Positions 24,976-38,177 of a stretch of 64,000 nucleotides of DNA are shown here, piece by piece; within the stretch, counting starts at the first letter, position 1, and the number at the start of each line of letters is the position of its first letter. The DNA comes from Raillietiella orientalis (taxonomy: Eukaryota): the NCBI GenBank assembly GCA_036172245.1, contig JAYWIR010000078.1, positions 1 through 64,000 of the forward strand. Direction: 5' to 3'. The translations under genes and the position numbers were made by a program. The notes beneath the pieces were generated by a model. The model did not search any database. It worked only from the letters and a program-made list of their open reading frames with translations, and was not told where the DNA came from.

Positions 24976-27042
24976 ATGGCAGCAAATTTGCGTTTGGCTG
25001 AAGAATATGTTAATGCACTCAAGTGTCACACATGCACCGAAACGGCGATGGATGCATGTGAAAGCATCAAGGAAGTTGAAAATAGTTTGACGTATATTTC
25101 ACCAGAATCGAGTTTTGATGCAGCCACAAATGATGAAACAAAAATACAGAATTGCAACTGTAAATCGTCACTATCAACGGAATGCTTAAAAAATAATTTT
25201 GTTGATAACGATCTGCATTCAGAGAACTTAGTGAATACTTGTGTACGACAACTAAATTGCAATGCGTCAGTTTCAAAAAAAGAGTTGCCAAGCTCTGCTG
25301 CACCAGAAGGAACTTCGCCAGTAGGGAAGATTTATCAGTTTTGTAAAAGGTGAACATTTCTAGTTTACTGTTTAATGAGTGCTACTGTAGTGATTTAAAA
25401 ATATTGCTGTATCACTCTTTAAGTTCATTCATTGATGATTCACCTGGCAGGTGAATGAAGTCATGTCATTCATAAATACTATATTACATTTCTATTTTAC
25501 AATAGTATGTGGGTAGCGTAAATACTCCAGAATAGTTGTCAAGCATTTGTATACTGTCCTTCATTAATATATAGAAAAAAACACACATTTTAATGTAGTT
25601 TTCAGGAAGACACATGGAATGAATGTACTTTTGTCATGCAACGATAAAGGAAAAAATGCAGTTGGAGATGGTCAAACCAATAAGGTATATACAGTTTAGA
25701 TCGATAATTTGTTTATCATCATTTTCAAGACCAATTTGAAGACCTCTAAATTAATTATCAGTACAATGGGATTGATTCCAGAACAGAGGTGGTTTCCTTT
25801 GCCACCAAAAAATGTAAAAGAACAACAAAAACATACTCAGGAATATGAGCATATTTTGCAGTTAGCTAAAAAAAAAGGTAAACACATATTTCAGTAATAT
25901 TAATACTGCTTTTAGCCATTTGTGATTTGAAAATGCAACATGAACTCATGCTGCAGCAGTATGCAGAAGAAGATAAATTGTCTTACCTTATCCAGGTTTG
26001 GCAGACAAAAATTTTGCCAAATTGGGAAACTGCGTAAGTTGTAACCTAACTTATTGCTTGAGAAATCTGGAAGTAATTTAGGAAAACTGATAAGAGTACT
26101 AGTAAGTTGTGGTGGCAAGGTATACCTCCATGTATTCGTTATAAATTGTGGCCTATACTTTTGCATAATTCATCAACAAATGGCAAAGTCTTTCGAGATG
26201 AATTAGAAAAGTAAGAACACAACGCAATTGAGTTAATTTTCTTATATCAGCAATTGAAGAATGAAGAAAGCAGAACATACATTAGATCAGCAAAGCCTAG
26301 ATTACCTGGAGCATATCAGTCTGGATATTTCTCGTACTTTTCCAGCATTAAGGATTTTCCAAAGAGATGGTCCTTATCATAGTGCTCTTCAGCAGCTGTT
26401 AGCTGTGTATGCATTTAGTAATCCAGAACTAGGTTATGTGCAAGGCATGTCTTATCTAGCTGCTATGCTCTTGTTAAATATGGATCTGGATGAAGCCTTT
26501 AGATGCTTCCACAACCTTTTGCAATTCCCAATGTTACACGCTTTTTTTCATTTGAATGAGCCTAAGGTAAGCAAATACATAAACTTTGTAAACTGATATG
26601 TTCATTTTCAGATGCAGGTTTATTTACATATATATGAACTAGGATTGCAGAATCTATTACCAGAATTGTACCAGCATCTTCAGCAATTACAGCTACAACC
26701 CAAACTGTACCTTTTAGATTGGGTGTATACCTTGTATGCACGTTCTCTTAATTTGGAAGCTGCCAGTCGAGTTTGGGATCTATTTCTGCGAGATGGAGAG
26801 TCATTCTTATTGAGAGTCGCAATTGGTGTGTTGCAGCTTCTTAGCAGCATCATAGTGTAGCACCTATAGCTATTATGCATGTGTTGCAGGATACCTTGCT
26901 CTCTTTGGATTTCAGTACAGGGGCTCAACTTCTGACACATCTTCCAGATAGACTCACTACAGAAGTTTTATTTCATTCTTTGGAGCTACTTCCAGATATA
27001 GTGGGAGATCTGATGTTCAGTCAACTGAACAATTCTTCATGA
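24976..27042 (+). CDS. TBC1D14: TBC1D14/TBC1D12-like Rab GTPase-activating protein; multi-exon (start codon tentative)
   Basis: STMGLIPEQRWFPLPPKNVKEQQKHTQEYEHILQLAKKK (TBC1D12/14-type pre-TBC segment), ISLDISRTFP (IxxDxxR finger), GYVQGMSYLAAMLLLN (YxQ finger), LDWVYTLYARSL..ASRVWDLFLRDGESFL. Last intron 26826-26869 gives AIAIMHVLQDTLLSLDF..LTHLP. TGA at 27040-27042, AATAAA at 27051. Confidence 0.9.
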
Positions 27043-28320
27043 GATTAATTAATAAAACTTTATTTTGTTAAGTGTGATGGTCACAGTTTTTTGAAGTGCT
27101 TTCCTGATGCCAAGTGTTCTTGACAACGTTCTTTGTGGCATTAACTTCTGTTTTCGAGACAGTAGAATTTTGCATTTTCATATTATTTTCAACCCTTATG
27201 ATGCACCAATAATAATAATAATAATAATATTTCTGGATATATGCATGCGTCTGGGCATCCTATTTTTTTTTTCATAATTTAAGTACGGTTCATAAGGTAG
27301 TGACCAGTGTTCTTGAGCTATGGCATGAATCGATTTATTACGCGCAATTTCGATCGGGTGGACACGAAATTCTTCGTCAGTAAAAACCAATCATGAATCA
27401 CGCCAGATTTTCGTTTTGTAAGTCTCCTCTTTGTAAAGTGCAATGTTTGCTAATGTAGGTATACGTATTACTACCTAGTTTAAATAATGTGACTTTTCCT
27501 TCTTATTAAAAGCGGAACACCACCGTTAACGTGCAAGAACTAGATGCTTTCACATATTGTACTTATGCACCAATTTGGATCACATCATCTTGAGGAGAGT
27601 TCCTTAAACCTGGATTTGTTTTGAGATATGCTATTCACATCTGAAATCACATCCCCACTGTAGCACATCCTGCGCATATTCCAGATGATTTAAAATTAAA
27701 AAAAATTATTTAAGAGATCCAAAAATTTCAGTATTTGAATTATCCTCACTGATTGGTGGAAAACTAAGAAAAATTATTTCTCTAAATTCAAATAAATATT
27801 GAACTGAAATTTCACGTATTTGTTTTTCAAACATCATCTTTTTGTTTTACATATCATCTAAAGGATTCTGTTTTGAATCTTTTGAATTGTGATTCTTCAT
27901 TCTTTGCAAGATTATTGTCTTTTCTTTCTAGAGCAATACCATTATTACGGGTTTTCGTAAACCTTATGCAAGCCTTCTTAAGATTGGTATTTCTAATCTT
28001 TGCAGCTCACATTACTTGCATCGACACATACAGTCTGAAATGTTCCATTTGTGATGATAGATGCTTTCATTTCTTTTGTTGCTCTTCTTTATGTAGGAAT
28101 TCCGTTATTAAATCTGATATCCACTTATTAATTGTTGTTGAACGTAAAATTTCATTGGCAAGACTGATAACAGTAAGAACTGATTCTCTCCTCATGTCGA
28201 AGCAGTTAAAATGCTGAAGCGTTTGTTGTTTTCAAAAGTTATTCGTTCAGGTAATTTCATGGATTAGAAATTTGGTAATTATCCATCAAGATACTATTTC
28301 TTTACATGCAAAATCTGAAG

Positions 28321-29641
28321 ATGGCATCTGGAAAATCTAAGGTTTGAAACAACTGCTTTTGAAAATATTATTAACAAGACCATTAGCCAGGAGTGTGTAA
28401 TAAATCGACGTACGGCTACTTTGAGAAGCATGTAACCAAGTCTGAAGAGCTTTCCGATTTTCTGAACAATTTCTCTCCTTTATTCGAGCAGGTTTGCTAA
28501 TTAAGGCTGCTATAATTGTGCATTAAGCAGAAGGTGTCCATTATTTTACCAGATACCTTGAACGGAATACCAGCAGAAGAATCATGGAAGAAAAGTTATA
28601 AATATGTGAAAGCATCAAACATGCCAATATCCAAACTAATTGAACATGATTTCCTGAGAACATTTGTTTGGCAAGGTATGTCTAAAAATTGAACCCCTTG
28701 TGATCATTGATTTCAGGAACTTTGTGTGCCCGTTCCCTGGTAACCTCTCATCTTGATGACTGCATATTCATCTATCCATCAGGGGTTATGCATCTTTCCC
28801 TTTGCAAAAATACTTTCCAACAGTTGGGATTAGACAGTAATAAAAAGCTGAACTCCAAGGATAAGTATGGTAAATTACATTTCATTCATTATGTAAGTAT
28901 GATTAATTAGTATCTAGTTGTAGCTATAGATTTAAAGCATCATACATTCGTCTCAGGGAAGAAGTACTATGAGAGAATAAAATGGTGTTTTGCAGACAGA
29001 GGCAATTTGTGTTTTGATATGTATCTGTATTGGACCTCTGGTGAATACTTTATTAGTTTAATTTTGTAGCATATTTTCAAAATACAAATAGATGTTGCTA
29101 ATGGTAGTGCACATTTGCATAGTTACATGGTTGCTCATGATGTTAAAGCATGCATAGTTGATCTCAACTATCGACGCCAGCTTCTTTATGGTTTGGAGAT
29201 TCCCAACAGTACTGCAACACTACAAGATGAAGAGTTTCTTGATTGGTTAGGAAGAGTATGTTTTGGTTTTACGAGGTTGGATTTATCAATTATAAGAATT
29301 ACAAATTTATGTTCTTCATTAATAGTTCATTTCCTTGTCCACAGCCATCAGTTTCTGTAGGCCAACTCCTGATTTTAACTCTCACAGGGTTTTTTGATTC
29401 ATCATCTGTGGTTTCCATACTAGATGATGTTAGGTAAGTTCGATTTTAAAAAAAAGTTTCATGTGTGTCCAGGAAGTACTGGAGCCAAGCAACACAGAAT
29501 TTTTGGATAGCAGTGGTGACTCATGCCACTTCAGATATCAGGACAACATCTACATTAACAGTAACAGATTCTCCATTTTGTTGTATTGTGCTGCTTCCAA
29601 AAAACAAGGAACAACTAGTCTGTTGCAGGTTAACTACCTGA
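28321..29641 (+). CDS. RPP40: Ribonuclease P/MRP protein subunit p40; multi-exon (start tentative)
   Basis: Spliced translation KVSIILPD..NMPISKLIEHDFLRTFVWQG|TLCARSL..DDCIFIYPSGVMHLSLCKNTFQQLGL..KY|VVAIDL..KKYYERIKWCF..EEFLDWLG..TLTGFF..FWIAVVTH follows RPP40 motif order (LxLxKxTYxxLGL, KYERIxW, EWLG). Stop TGA at 29639-29641. Confidence 0.85.
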
Positions 29642-30949
29642 TATTTGAATAGAAATTGGAAAAATTAAAATACACTCAACTAAATTGAAATAAGCTGTTT
29701 TCAAAATTTGGATTTAACAAACGAGTATGGTTTTTGATAGTTTTATCTTCATGATAATCATACTGCATCAAGTAGTTTTAATTTCAGCATTTCCTAGGTG
29801 TTCTGAGACTTAGTGTGTGTTCTTGGTTGTTATGTGGCACATTCACTGTGTATAAACACTTGTAGAACAGCTTTTGCTAAAAAAATCGGGCTTTAAATGG
29901 TAAAAAAGATGTGGACTTATCTGTCCTACAGAGGGATGATTGCAATTATGCAACAACAAATATACATTAGCATTGCTGCATTTATGCAGCTTGAGAATAT
30001 TATACTGATCATCGTCTTGTTAGTTGCAAGGAGGAACAGTGAAGGTTCAGAGTCGAGTGCTCTCACCAGGAGCAAGCAACACTGCAAATTTCAGGAGGAA
30101 GTAACACCTTAACTGGTTATCTGTAAGTGTAAACAACAGCAAGACTGATGGCATGGGACTGCATACTAGTGGACGTGGTTGTGAGGGTTTGGGGTAGAGT
30201 ATGAAGTCTTAAACAAGGATTTAATTCAGCTGGTCTGCTTTACTTGTACAGTTTCGACCTAAATTTGCTTGGGTTCAGTCTTACAGAGTAATTTCTAAGC
30301 TCAATCCACATTTAGATGCTTACCTACTGTTCTCATTCAGCTGATCAACATAAAATGTGATCCAGCCTTCCATTTTGATTAGCTGACGAATTTTTTCTGT
30401 GAGTGCAATTCTGCCCCTGTAGATCTTCACATATGCTGTCGACTCCAGCTACTTTTCCACTGACATCTTTGTGTTGGATTAAAGAAACAATATTGTTTAT
30501 TCTTCACATGTTGATCTTGAAGAAAAAGCTGTCTGAAAATCTCTGAATGCTTTGGTCTCCTGAACCCACCGAACTAGACTGACAACTTCGCAGTTGACAG
30601 CTGCTGACACTTCCACATCGAAAAGTCATGAATTTGTCTCGAAAGACCCTGCATGTAGTGATAAAGAAGAAAATAAGAACTTCACCAATGAATGGTGACT
30701 TCTCAAGGTCTTAGACATGCCTGGTACGATCAGTAGCAAATCTTTCCTTCCCAAAGGAGACATTAGAAGTCTTTGGACAGCAGGAGGGCAAGCCACTGGT
30801 AGACTGAGGCAACCTAGGATTAGAACGATGTAGAGCTTATGATTCGCATGGGACATCTAACCTTTGATTGTCACAAGGGAAGCTGGAAAATGCGTTTTCT
30901 CAAGCCGAGAAGCATGGAATTCAGTGGCAGAAAAGCATCCTGAACAGGG

Positions 30950-31500
30950 GTGGAGTCCTATCCTGCGTTGGTCAGCACTGTACTTTCAGTCACTTTCCTT
31001 TATAATAATAAAAACATGCGGTTTCGTGGATTTTCATTTCGTACATGCATTTCGGTTGAACTTTTTGCCTGGAAAGGCTACTCCATTTCGAAGAGACGCT
31101 TGCTGTACGTACAGAACATGTGCAATTAGGCCGGAGTCCCTCCAGCATGTTTTCAGGCGCTTCGCATTCATTTTTCGAGCAATAACTAATCGTCAAGATG
31201 AGCTGGTAAACAAACTAAGAAGAATCACACGGAGAACTGGATGCTGCTTGGCTGATAGAAATTCATCCTCGGTGCAATTACAGCCTCAAACCGGACTTAG
31301 TCCTCCAATTCAACGAAAGAGTCCTCTTTAATAGACGTTGCCTGTCTATTAAAGAGGTAGGCAACATCAAAATGACTTTGAGAGCAATTCTCTTCTTTGA
31401 AAGCCTCAAGGAAAAAAAAAGACAGTAGATATGGAAAGTTGGCTTAGATCCCCCGTATGAAGGGATATTCGCATCAGTAAGAGAAACTGTTGTAGAAGTC
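30950..31500 (+). mobile_element. Possible highly decayed Ty3/gypsy pol remnant
   Basis: PILRWSALYFQSLSFII (~30957) resembles the gypsy RNase H C-terminal RxxRWxLxLQxFxF motif. LDPPYEGIF (~31444) resembles the GPY/F integrase motif. The intervening sequence is not recognisable. Confidence 0.3.
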
Positions 31501-33784
31501 TAGGAGTCTAGGACCATGGATGCGACAAGGTCTTAGAAGAACTTAAAATCAAGCGGGAGTAGGCAGAAGACTAGACTTAAAAAAACTAATTGTGGTACCA
31601 TACAGTGCTCCCTTAAAATGCACTGGACCCACAAAGAGGGTTTCTGAATGCGAGCCACGTACGAAGAGGAAAATCATGGACTTCTTCAACTGCAAGATTG
31701 TAGATACTGTGGAAGATGTAGATAGTCACTACATGCATAGTATATACTTCTCCCAGTAACTTCTTATGTAATCGTTAATTGCAATCAAAAAAAAAAAAAA
31801 CTCTCTCCCTGCAGATCGACAGGTGTGGTTTTCTCCCCATAGGAAAGACAACGCTGCGACAAAGGATGTGTGGACTCATGGGTCCACTTCGTCGCTTCGT
31901 TAGCAATCCTCTGCATATGGAATATGGAACCACCACCAGCTCTTCCGGCTGCAAGCTGCTCGCTTCCCACGCTTAACCGACCATTTCGGAATTACTCGCT
32001 GCGCTTTGCAGCGAATTCCATCACTCATTTTCTCCGAGTTAACTAACGTCTTGGATCTATGTGTTGTATCTTTTCTCGTCAAACTGCTACTGTAGCTCTG
32101 CAACATGATCCTTTGAGCGGATGTTATGGTTCTCATCAAGAGTCGAGATTTCATTCAAATCTCCGTTAAACACAGCCTCGTTCGTGTGCCTTGGTCGTTT
32201 CTTAAATCCTCCATCACAGATCCACGAAAACCGGGAGTCTCCTCTACAATTAATTTGCTCGTCTCACGGGCTCCCGCTCCATCTGCTCTCCAAGAACAAA
32301 CAAACTTGACCCTCATTGGAAATGTAAGACTTCGAAATTGTTAAAAGTGTGCTCTTTCAGTCGGGCGCATTTGACGCATAGGATTTCGCGAAAACCGACT
32401 TCATTGGCGATATCATTCAGCAGCAATCTCCTTGGAATGCAATGCTTGCAGGGAGTTGCTGCACCAGACTTTCACCGAACAGTACAGCAGAAAAACAGAT
32501 AGAGGCAGCAGAATGGAAAAGCAACTCAGTAGACTGAGCCAGTATGTTGGCATGCTGGAATCGAATGCTTCGTAGCAGGTCGGAGAATCGAAAAAAAAAA
32601 AAACATGCGAAGAGGTGCATTGTTTGATAAGTATTGGTCAATCAGACCAGGAGATAACCGCGAACACCATCAGATTGAGCAGGATAAGTAGCATTGCTGG
32701 ACACGATTACTTAGTTCCTTCAAAACTAAAATGCTGGAGGTGGTAGCTTAGCATTGAAGCAAAAAGTTACATGAACACCACAGTTTGCGAGAAAAATATC
32801 TGTTATTCTCAGGACATCAAGAAAATAAGAACGAAGATGGAAATCACATCCGTTTCCTAACTTCACTCTTCTTGCCGACCTTTCATCCAAGAATGTTGAT
32901 TCTTTAATTGGTTTGGCCCCCTAGTGCGTTTCCTTTTTTTTTGCAGAGGAAAACACATCATTTTCTGGAAATTCAAATTTGGATTGCAAAGACATGTGTA
33001 AATTCCATTCTCTTAATGGAAACCTCGAAGTCTCAGGAGCTATACTTCATACTATTTTTTCTTTTCTAGAAGTTTTCTGCTCACTACTTTCAATTCCGTG
33101 AGGCATGTGCAAGTGCAATACCGAAATCCCCCAACATCCCAAATAAAACTATAGTTGAAATAACAACATAATTTTAAACTTTCATGCATAATAACAGAAT
33201 CTATCGCTGAGCATCTCATTTGATGAAAGACACCCGAAAGCCTCGATGCTCCAAACAGTGGCATAACCAATTCATTTTTCCTTCAAAGAATTAAAGTGTC
33301 ACTCTTCCCTTTGCTTATGGAATGTGAGACTGAAGTCTCCAAAATGCTTCCTGTGATTCATGCAAGCTTTTTTCACGACTGTCAGTTTTCAAATTCCGAT
33401 ATTGAACTAGCTGTCTGCAATCCTATCCCCATCTTCACACATTCTCCATACCTATTTTCTACTGGCTGAAATGCGAATCAGCCAACAGCTCAATTTCGTG
33501 GAAAACCTAGCGCCCAAAGTGAACAAAGTTTGCTTGGACCTATCTCTTGAATTTATGCCCAACAGTCACACAAACACTCAGGAAACAACAACAGAAGATT
33601 CAACTTTCAGGGTATAGATCTTCAAAAAATATGAACCACATTCCAAGTAAAGGTTTCATACTGACAGGACTCTGGAACCAAACTATATTGCCTCATATTC
33701 ATATGAATAAAGCATCAAATTTGAATGCTTCATCCTCCATCGATCCATTCATGCTCCCTTAACCTAACTAGAAAATCCAACAAC

Positions 33785-33972
33785 TTCGTCCGTTTTACCA
33801 CACCGGGGGCAGCGGGGCACACGAAAAGCAGTGGTCGGAGGACGGGGGCCACAAAAGTGTTCCAAATGACGGCTCGCTCTTGGAACGGGCCGAGCACCGA
33901 CTCTGCCTTCTGGAGGCACTCGGACAACGCTTCCGTAGGGGAAATGTCCCCCATAGGCACCCCTAGGTACCG
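33785..33972 (-). mobile_element. Short L1/Tx1-type ORF2 (post-RT) fragment, third subfamily
   Basis: YLGVPMGDISPTEALSECLQKAESVLGPF..AVIWNTFVAPVLRPLLFVCP..KRTK is homologous to the neighbouring RT fragments, with a ~7-codon internal deletion. Confidence 0.85.
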
Positions 33973-35170
33973 GGGGCCACTTCAGACGTTCAATGGGAAC
34001 GTCGAGCAGCGCGCCCCAGCTCAGAAGTCCATGGGGAGGCGTACTCGGGGTGGCAGCGTCAGTCAGCTGACCCGTCTTCCACTCTCCTATCTTCTTCTCC
34101 TTCCCGGAGATTGTAACTGTAACCTCCCACTTCGCCGCAACAGCGCTGTCCAGATTTCCATCAGGGAGGGCAGTGCAGCAGCGAGGGGGGTTCTTCCTGC
34201 CCACGCTCTCTTCTTTGGATCCTCCAGGATCTCACGGAGCGTGCAACTTCTGTAACCCCCAAACAGGAACCGTCGTTCCTGTTGGGAGCGTTGCATGCCG
34301 AACTGTTCCCACGTGCGAACGGTTTCCTGCAACCAGGCACTACCGTTCGCAGGGCGACAGGTGATCAATCCGTGGTTTTTCCGTGTCAGCGCAGCCACCC
34401 TCCGTAGCTGAAGTCCGCATCGGTTGACGCGGCGACGGAGTGCAAGAAAGGACGTGAGTCCCGTCTTGCCGGTGGCTTGCTGGAGAAGGAGACGTGCAGG
34501 GACGCACCAACAGGTGCGCCACAACTCTGGAACAAGTGCCGACATTCGGAACTGGAGCTGAAGCTCCAGCCGCTCCAATGTCAGGAGGCCGAGACCACCG
34601 TCCCGACGCGGAGCGCACAAGTCCTTTAAGAGGACTAGGGCTCTCCCGTTGCCCCAAAGGGCGATACGGAGGAGGTCCTTCGTCCGCTTTTTTATCCTCT
34701 CTGTGGGGGGGCAAACAAAAAGCAGGGGGCGGAGGAGAAGAGCCGCGAACGTGTTCCAAACCGCGGCCCGTCCAGGCAGGAAAAACCTGCCGCTTCGGAA
34801 CGGGCCGATCGCCGTCTCTACTTTCTGGAGGCAGCCGGACCACGCTTCCGCAGGGGAGTAGTCCCCCAACGGCACACCAAGGTACTTGAAGTACCTCACC
34901 GTGGGGATCCCCAAACGGACCCAGTCCTGCTGCCCTGCCCACGCCGCACCAACTGGCATCACGGACGACTTCGCCCTGTTCACCGTAAGTCCGGTTCCCC
35001 GATTCAGCAGGTCGAAGAACTCCTCGACCGCCGAAAATGGGGTGGACATAGGGAGCAGCAGCAGAAGGTCGTCCGCGTACGCTGAAACCGCAGGCGTACC
35101 GTCGCAGTCGTGCGGCAGAGTTTCCCTGTACGCTCTCAGTACCAACTCAAAGTAGGTGCTGAAGAGCAAG
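33973..35170 (-). mobile_element. L1/Tx1-type non-LTR retrotransposon ORF2 fragment (RT C-terminal half and downstream), truncated at both ends
   Basis: LLFSTYFELVLR..AYADDLLLLL..GLTVNRAKS..FKYLGVPL..RRDGGLGL. A frameshift near 34150 continues to KWEV..IGEWKTGQLTDAATP. Confidence 0.93.
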
Positions 35171-37256
35171 GCGCAAGGCGTTTGACTGCGTGAATCAGGA
35201 TCTCCTCCTGGAGCTCCTGGAACGCCTTGGTCTCCCTGTGCACCTCGTGGTCTATTTGCGCTCTTGCTGGCGCCACGCGCTCATTTCTATCTCTTTCAGC
35301 GGCTGCCACGTGTACGGCGTGCCGGTGCGGCGGGGCATCAGGCAGGGCGACAGCTTAAGCCCGTTGCTCTTCAGCATCTTCTTTGAGTTAGTGCTGAGGG
35401 CGTACAGGCTGACGCTGGCCAACCTGCCGAGCTCTTGTCCAGGAACGCCGTCTGTGGCGGCCTATGCCGACGACCTGCTTCTCCTTTTACCCATGACCAC
35501 CCCGGCGTCCAGTCTCGAGGATTTCTTGAAGCTGATTCACCGGGGAGCGGGCATGAGCGTAAACCGGTGCAAGAGCGTGGTCGTTCCTATTGGTGCGGCG
35601 TGGGAGGGACAGTCCGACTGGATCCGCCTGGGGATCCCGACCGCTTCCTCTATCCAGTATCTGGGCGTTCCGCTGGGGAACATCAGCCCAGTGGAAGTGT
35701 GGTCGGACTGCCTTCGGAAGGCTACGAGTGCTCTGAACCCGTTCCACGATGGCAGGTTCCTCCTGTCGGAGCGGGCCGCGATATGGAACACCTTCGTTGC
35801 CCCCCTCTTGCGCCCCCTGCTTTTTGTTTGCCCGCCCCCCTACTCGTTTAAGCTCCAGGCGCACAGCCTGTTGAGGAACGCTCTGTAGGGACCTGCGAGG
35901 TCCAGGATCCGCCTCAAAGACTTGGCGGCTCAGCGTCGGGATGCTGGCTTAGGCATCCTGACGCTGGAGAGAATCGAGCTGCAGGTGCAGCTTCGGATGT
36001 TGACCCTGTGCGCCAACCTTTGGTCCACTCCGTGGTGCGCTCCCGCGCGCCTGCTCCTGCGGCGCTGCACCGGCAGCGATGGACTTCTGTCGCTGCGGCC
36101 GCACACGGAGCGCGCCACGAGAAGCTTCGGTTTCCCGTTGAAACCCCTCTACCGGCTCCTGGTAGCCCACGCATGGATCTCCTGCCGCCCAACGAACTTT
36201 GAATCCTGGCGGCAGGAACCGTTGCATGGCTGGGCAAAGCACCAGGATGTTTCACTCCTGGAACTCCGTTGCGCTCACCTCTCCATGTACTGCACGGTGG
36301 ATGAGGTGTGCAACAGCCAGAAGAAGTGGACTCGCCTGGCCGTCACGCCCCTCGCCAACGCTCTGTCAGCCCTCAGGGCAAGAGATGACAGCTGCGAACC
36401 GGCGAGATGGGAGGTCGCCTGCACCATTGCAGAAACAACACGACCCATTGGCGGCTGGAGGACTTGCGAGCTGGCAGACGCCGCCACGCCTCGTCACATC
36501 CCGAAGGGACTCCTTCGGTGGAGTGAACACTTGAGTGTGCCCCTCGAAGAACTTGTGGTCCCTCCCTCCTGTTTGAACACTTCTGTGTTCCCTCTTTCGT
36601 GGAAGCAGGACGTCATCATGCTGGTGCATTGGGGTTTTCACTCCAACCAACTGACGAACCGTGTTACCGGGGGAGTTGTCTCCGCAAACTGTAAGCGGTG
36701 CGGGGAAGTGGAAACGCTCCCGCACCTGCTCCTGGACTGCGGTGCCCTCCTAGGACTTTGGCGGAGGCTGGCCTCAGCTCTCTTGCACCAAGGGGACAAA
36801 GCGAGACTTGATGCGCCGCTTCTTCACGCCAGGTTTGTCTTTAGGTGCTGTCGTTGCAACCGTGTGTTGCACCCGCGCCTTCGACAAGGCCCACCGAGAG
36901 TTGGAGAAGCTGGCCATTCTTCGTCAGCCTACCGGATTAGCCAGCGCAAGCATGTCGTCGGCTGCCGAGTGGGCCCATCTTCCAGAGAGCGTGAGGAGAG
37001 AGATCGCCGGCACCCATCGCCGGTTCTGAAAGGAAGGAACGGTCTTACCAAAGACCCCTGTCCCCTGCCCTCCATATTTTTATTTTTATTTTTTATAGGA
37101 GTGTATTTGTGGTCCCCTTCCTCCCGTTCCGGACTTTCGGCATACCGACCTGCGTGTCGGGAATCCCATCCCCTTCGTCTCTTGTTGTTCCCTTTGTCCA
37201 GGAACTCTGTTCCCGGATAGTTTTTAATAAACGCCCCGGCGCACCCGGGTGATAAA
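35171..37256 (+). mobile_element. 5'-truncated L1/Tx1-type non-LTR retrotransposon: RT, CCHC zinc knuckle, 3' UTR; inactivated
   Basis: KAFDCV..GIRQGDSLSPLLF..AYADD..YLGVPL; premature TAG at 35886 (W in the sister copy); CKRCGEVETLPHLLLDC; frameshift near 36810; stop at 37029; 3' UTR ending aataaacgccccggcgcacccgggtgataaa. Confidence 0.95.
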
Positions 37257-37309
37257 CAACCGACCTCCTGCGATCCTCTCGATCTCCTGGACGTCTCCTC
37301 GGAATCGGG

Positions 37310-38175
37310 CGAAGGGCCTGCTTCGGTGGAGTGAACATTTAAGTGTACCTTCCGAAGAGATAGTGGTTCCCCCCGTTTGTTTGGACAGCTCCGTGTTCCC
37401 CTTAAAGTGGAAACAAGATGTGCTGCTCTTTTTACACTGGGGATTCCACTGTAATCGGCAGCGAAGCATCGTTTCCGGGGGAGCTGCTCCGCCAAACTGT
37501 TTGAGGTGCGGAGAGATCGAGTCTTTTCCGCACCTCTTGCTGGACTGCGGTGACCTCTGTGAACTGTGGCAAAGGCTGATTTCAGCCATCCTGCCGCAGG
37601 GAGGCACTGCCATTGATGTGCTGCGGCGCTTCTTCAGCAGGAATGGATTTTCGGTTGGCGCGATTGTCGCAACCATGTGTTGCATTCGCGCCATCGTCAA
37701 GGCCCGCCGCTACGCTCTGGAGTTGTCAGCGCAGCGAAGGGAGGCACACCTGCTTGCAGCTGAATACATGGAGAAGGCTGCAAGGTGGCCTCATCTTCGT
37801 GACGAGGTGAAAGAGGACATCGCCTGCATCCATCGCCGGTTTACAAACTCTTGAGACCGTCGTAATCCGGTGACCCCTGTGACCTCTCGCCCACCTATAT
37901 CCCATCCCCGTTCGCTCTGTTGAACTCCCGGTGCTATTACTTATATCCCGGTGCCTTCCAGAGCAAGTCCAAAGACCCTTGTCCCGATCTCCCCCATTCA
38001 TTGTTTTTCTTTTTTCCCAAGACTGTTATTCTGGCATGCGTGCCAGCAATCTTCTCTTGATCCTTGTTCAGTCGTCGGTTGGGAGTTTGGTTCCCAACTG
38101 GTTTACTTTATATAATTGTGATTTTTCCTGTTTATATTATATGAAATAAACGCCCCGGCGTGACCAGGTGAGAAA
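37310..38175 (+). mobile_element. 3'-end fragment of a related L1/Tx1-type element (CCHC and 3' UTR)
   Basis: KGLLRWSEHLSVP..CLRCGEIESFPHLLLDC..IHRRFTNS* (37854); 3' UTR ends aataaacgccccggcgtgaccaggtgagaaa. Confidence 0.92.
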
Positions 38176-38177
38176 TC

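Noticed and set aside
27873..28217. 114-aa ORF between TBC1D14-like and RPP40
   Set aside because: No recognisable homology or splice-consistent model on either strand.
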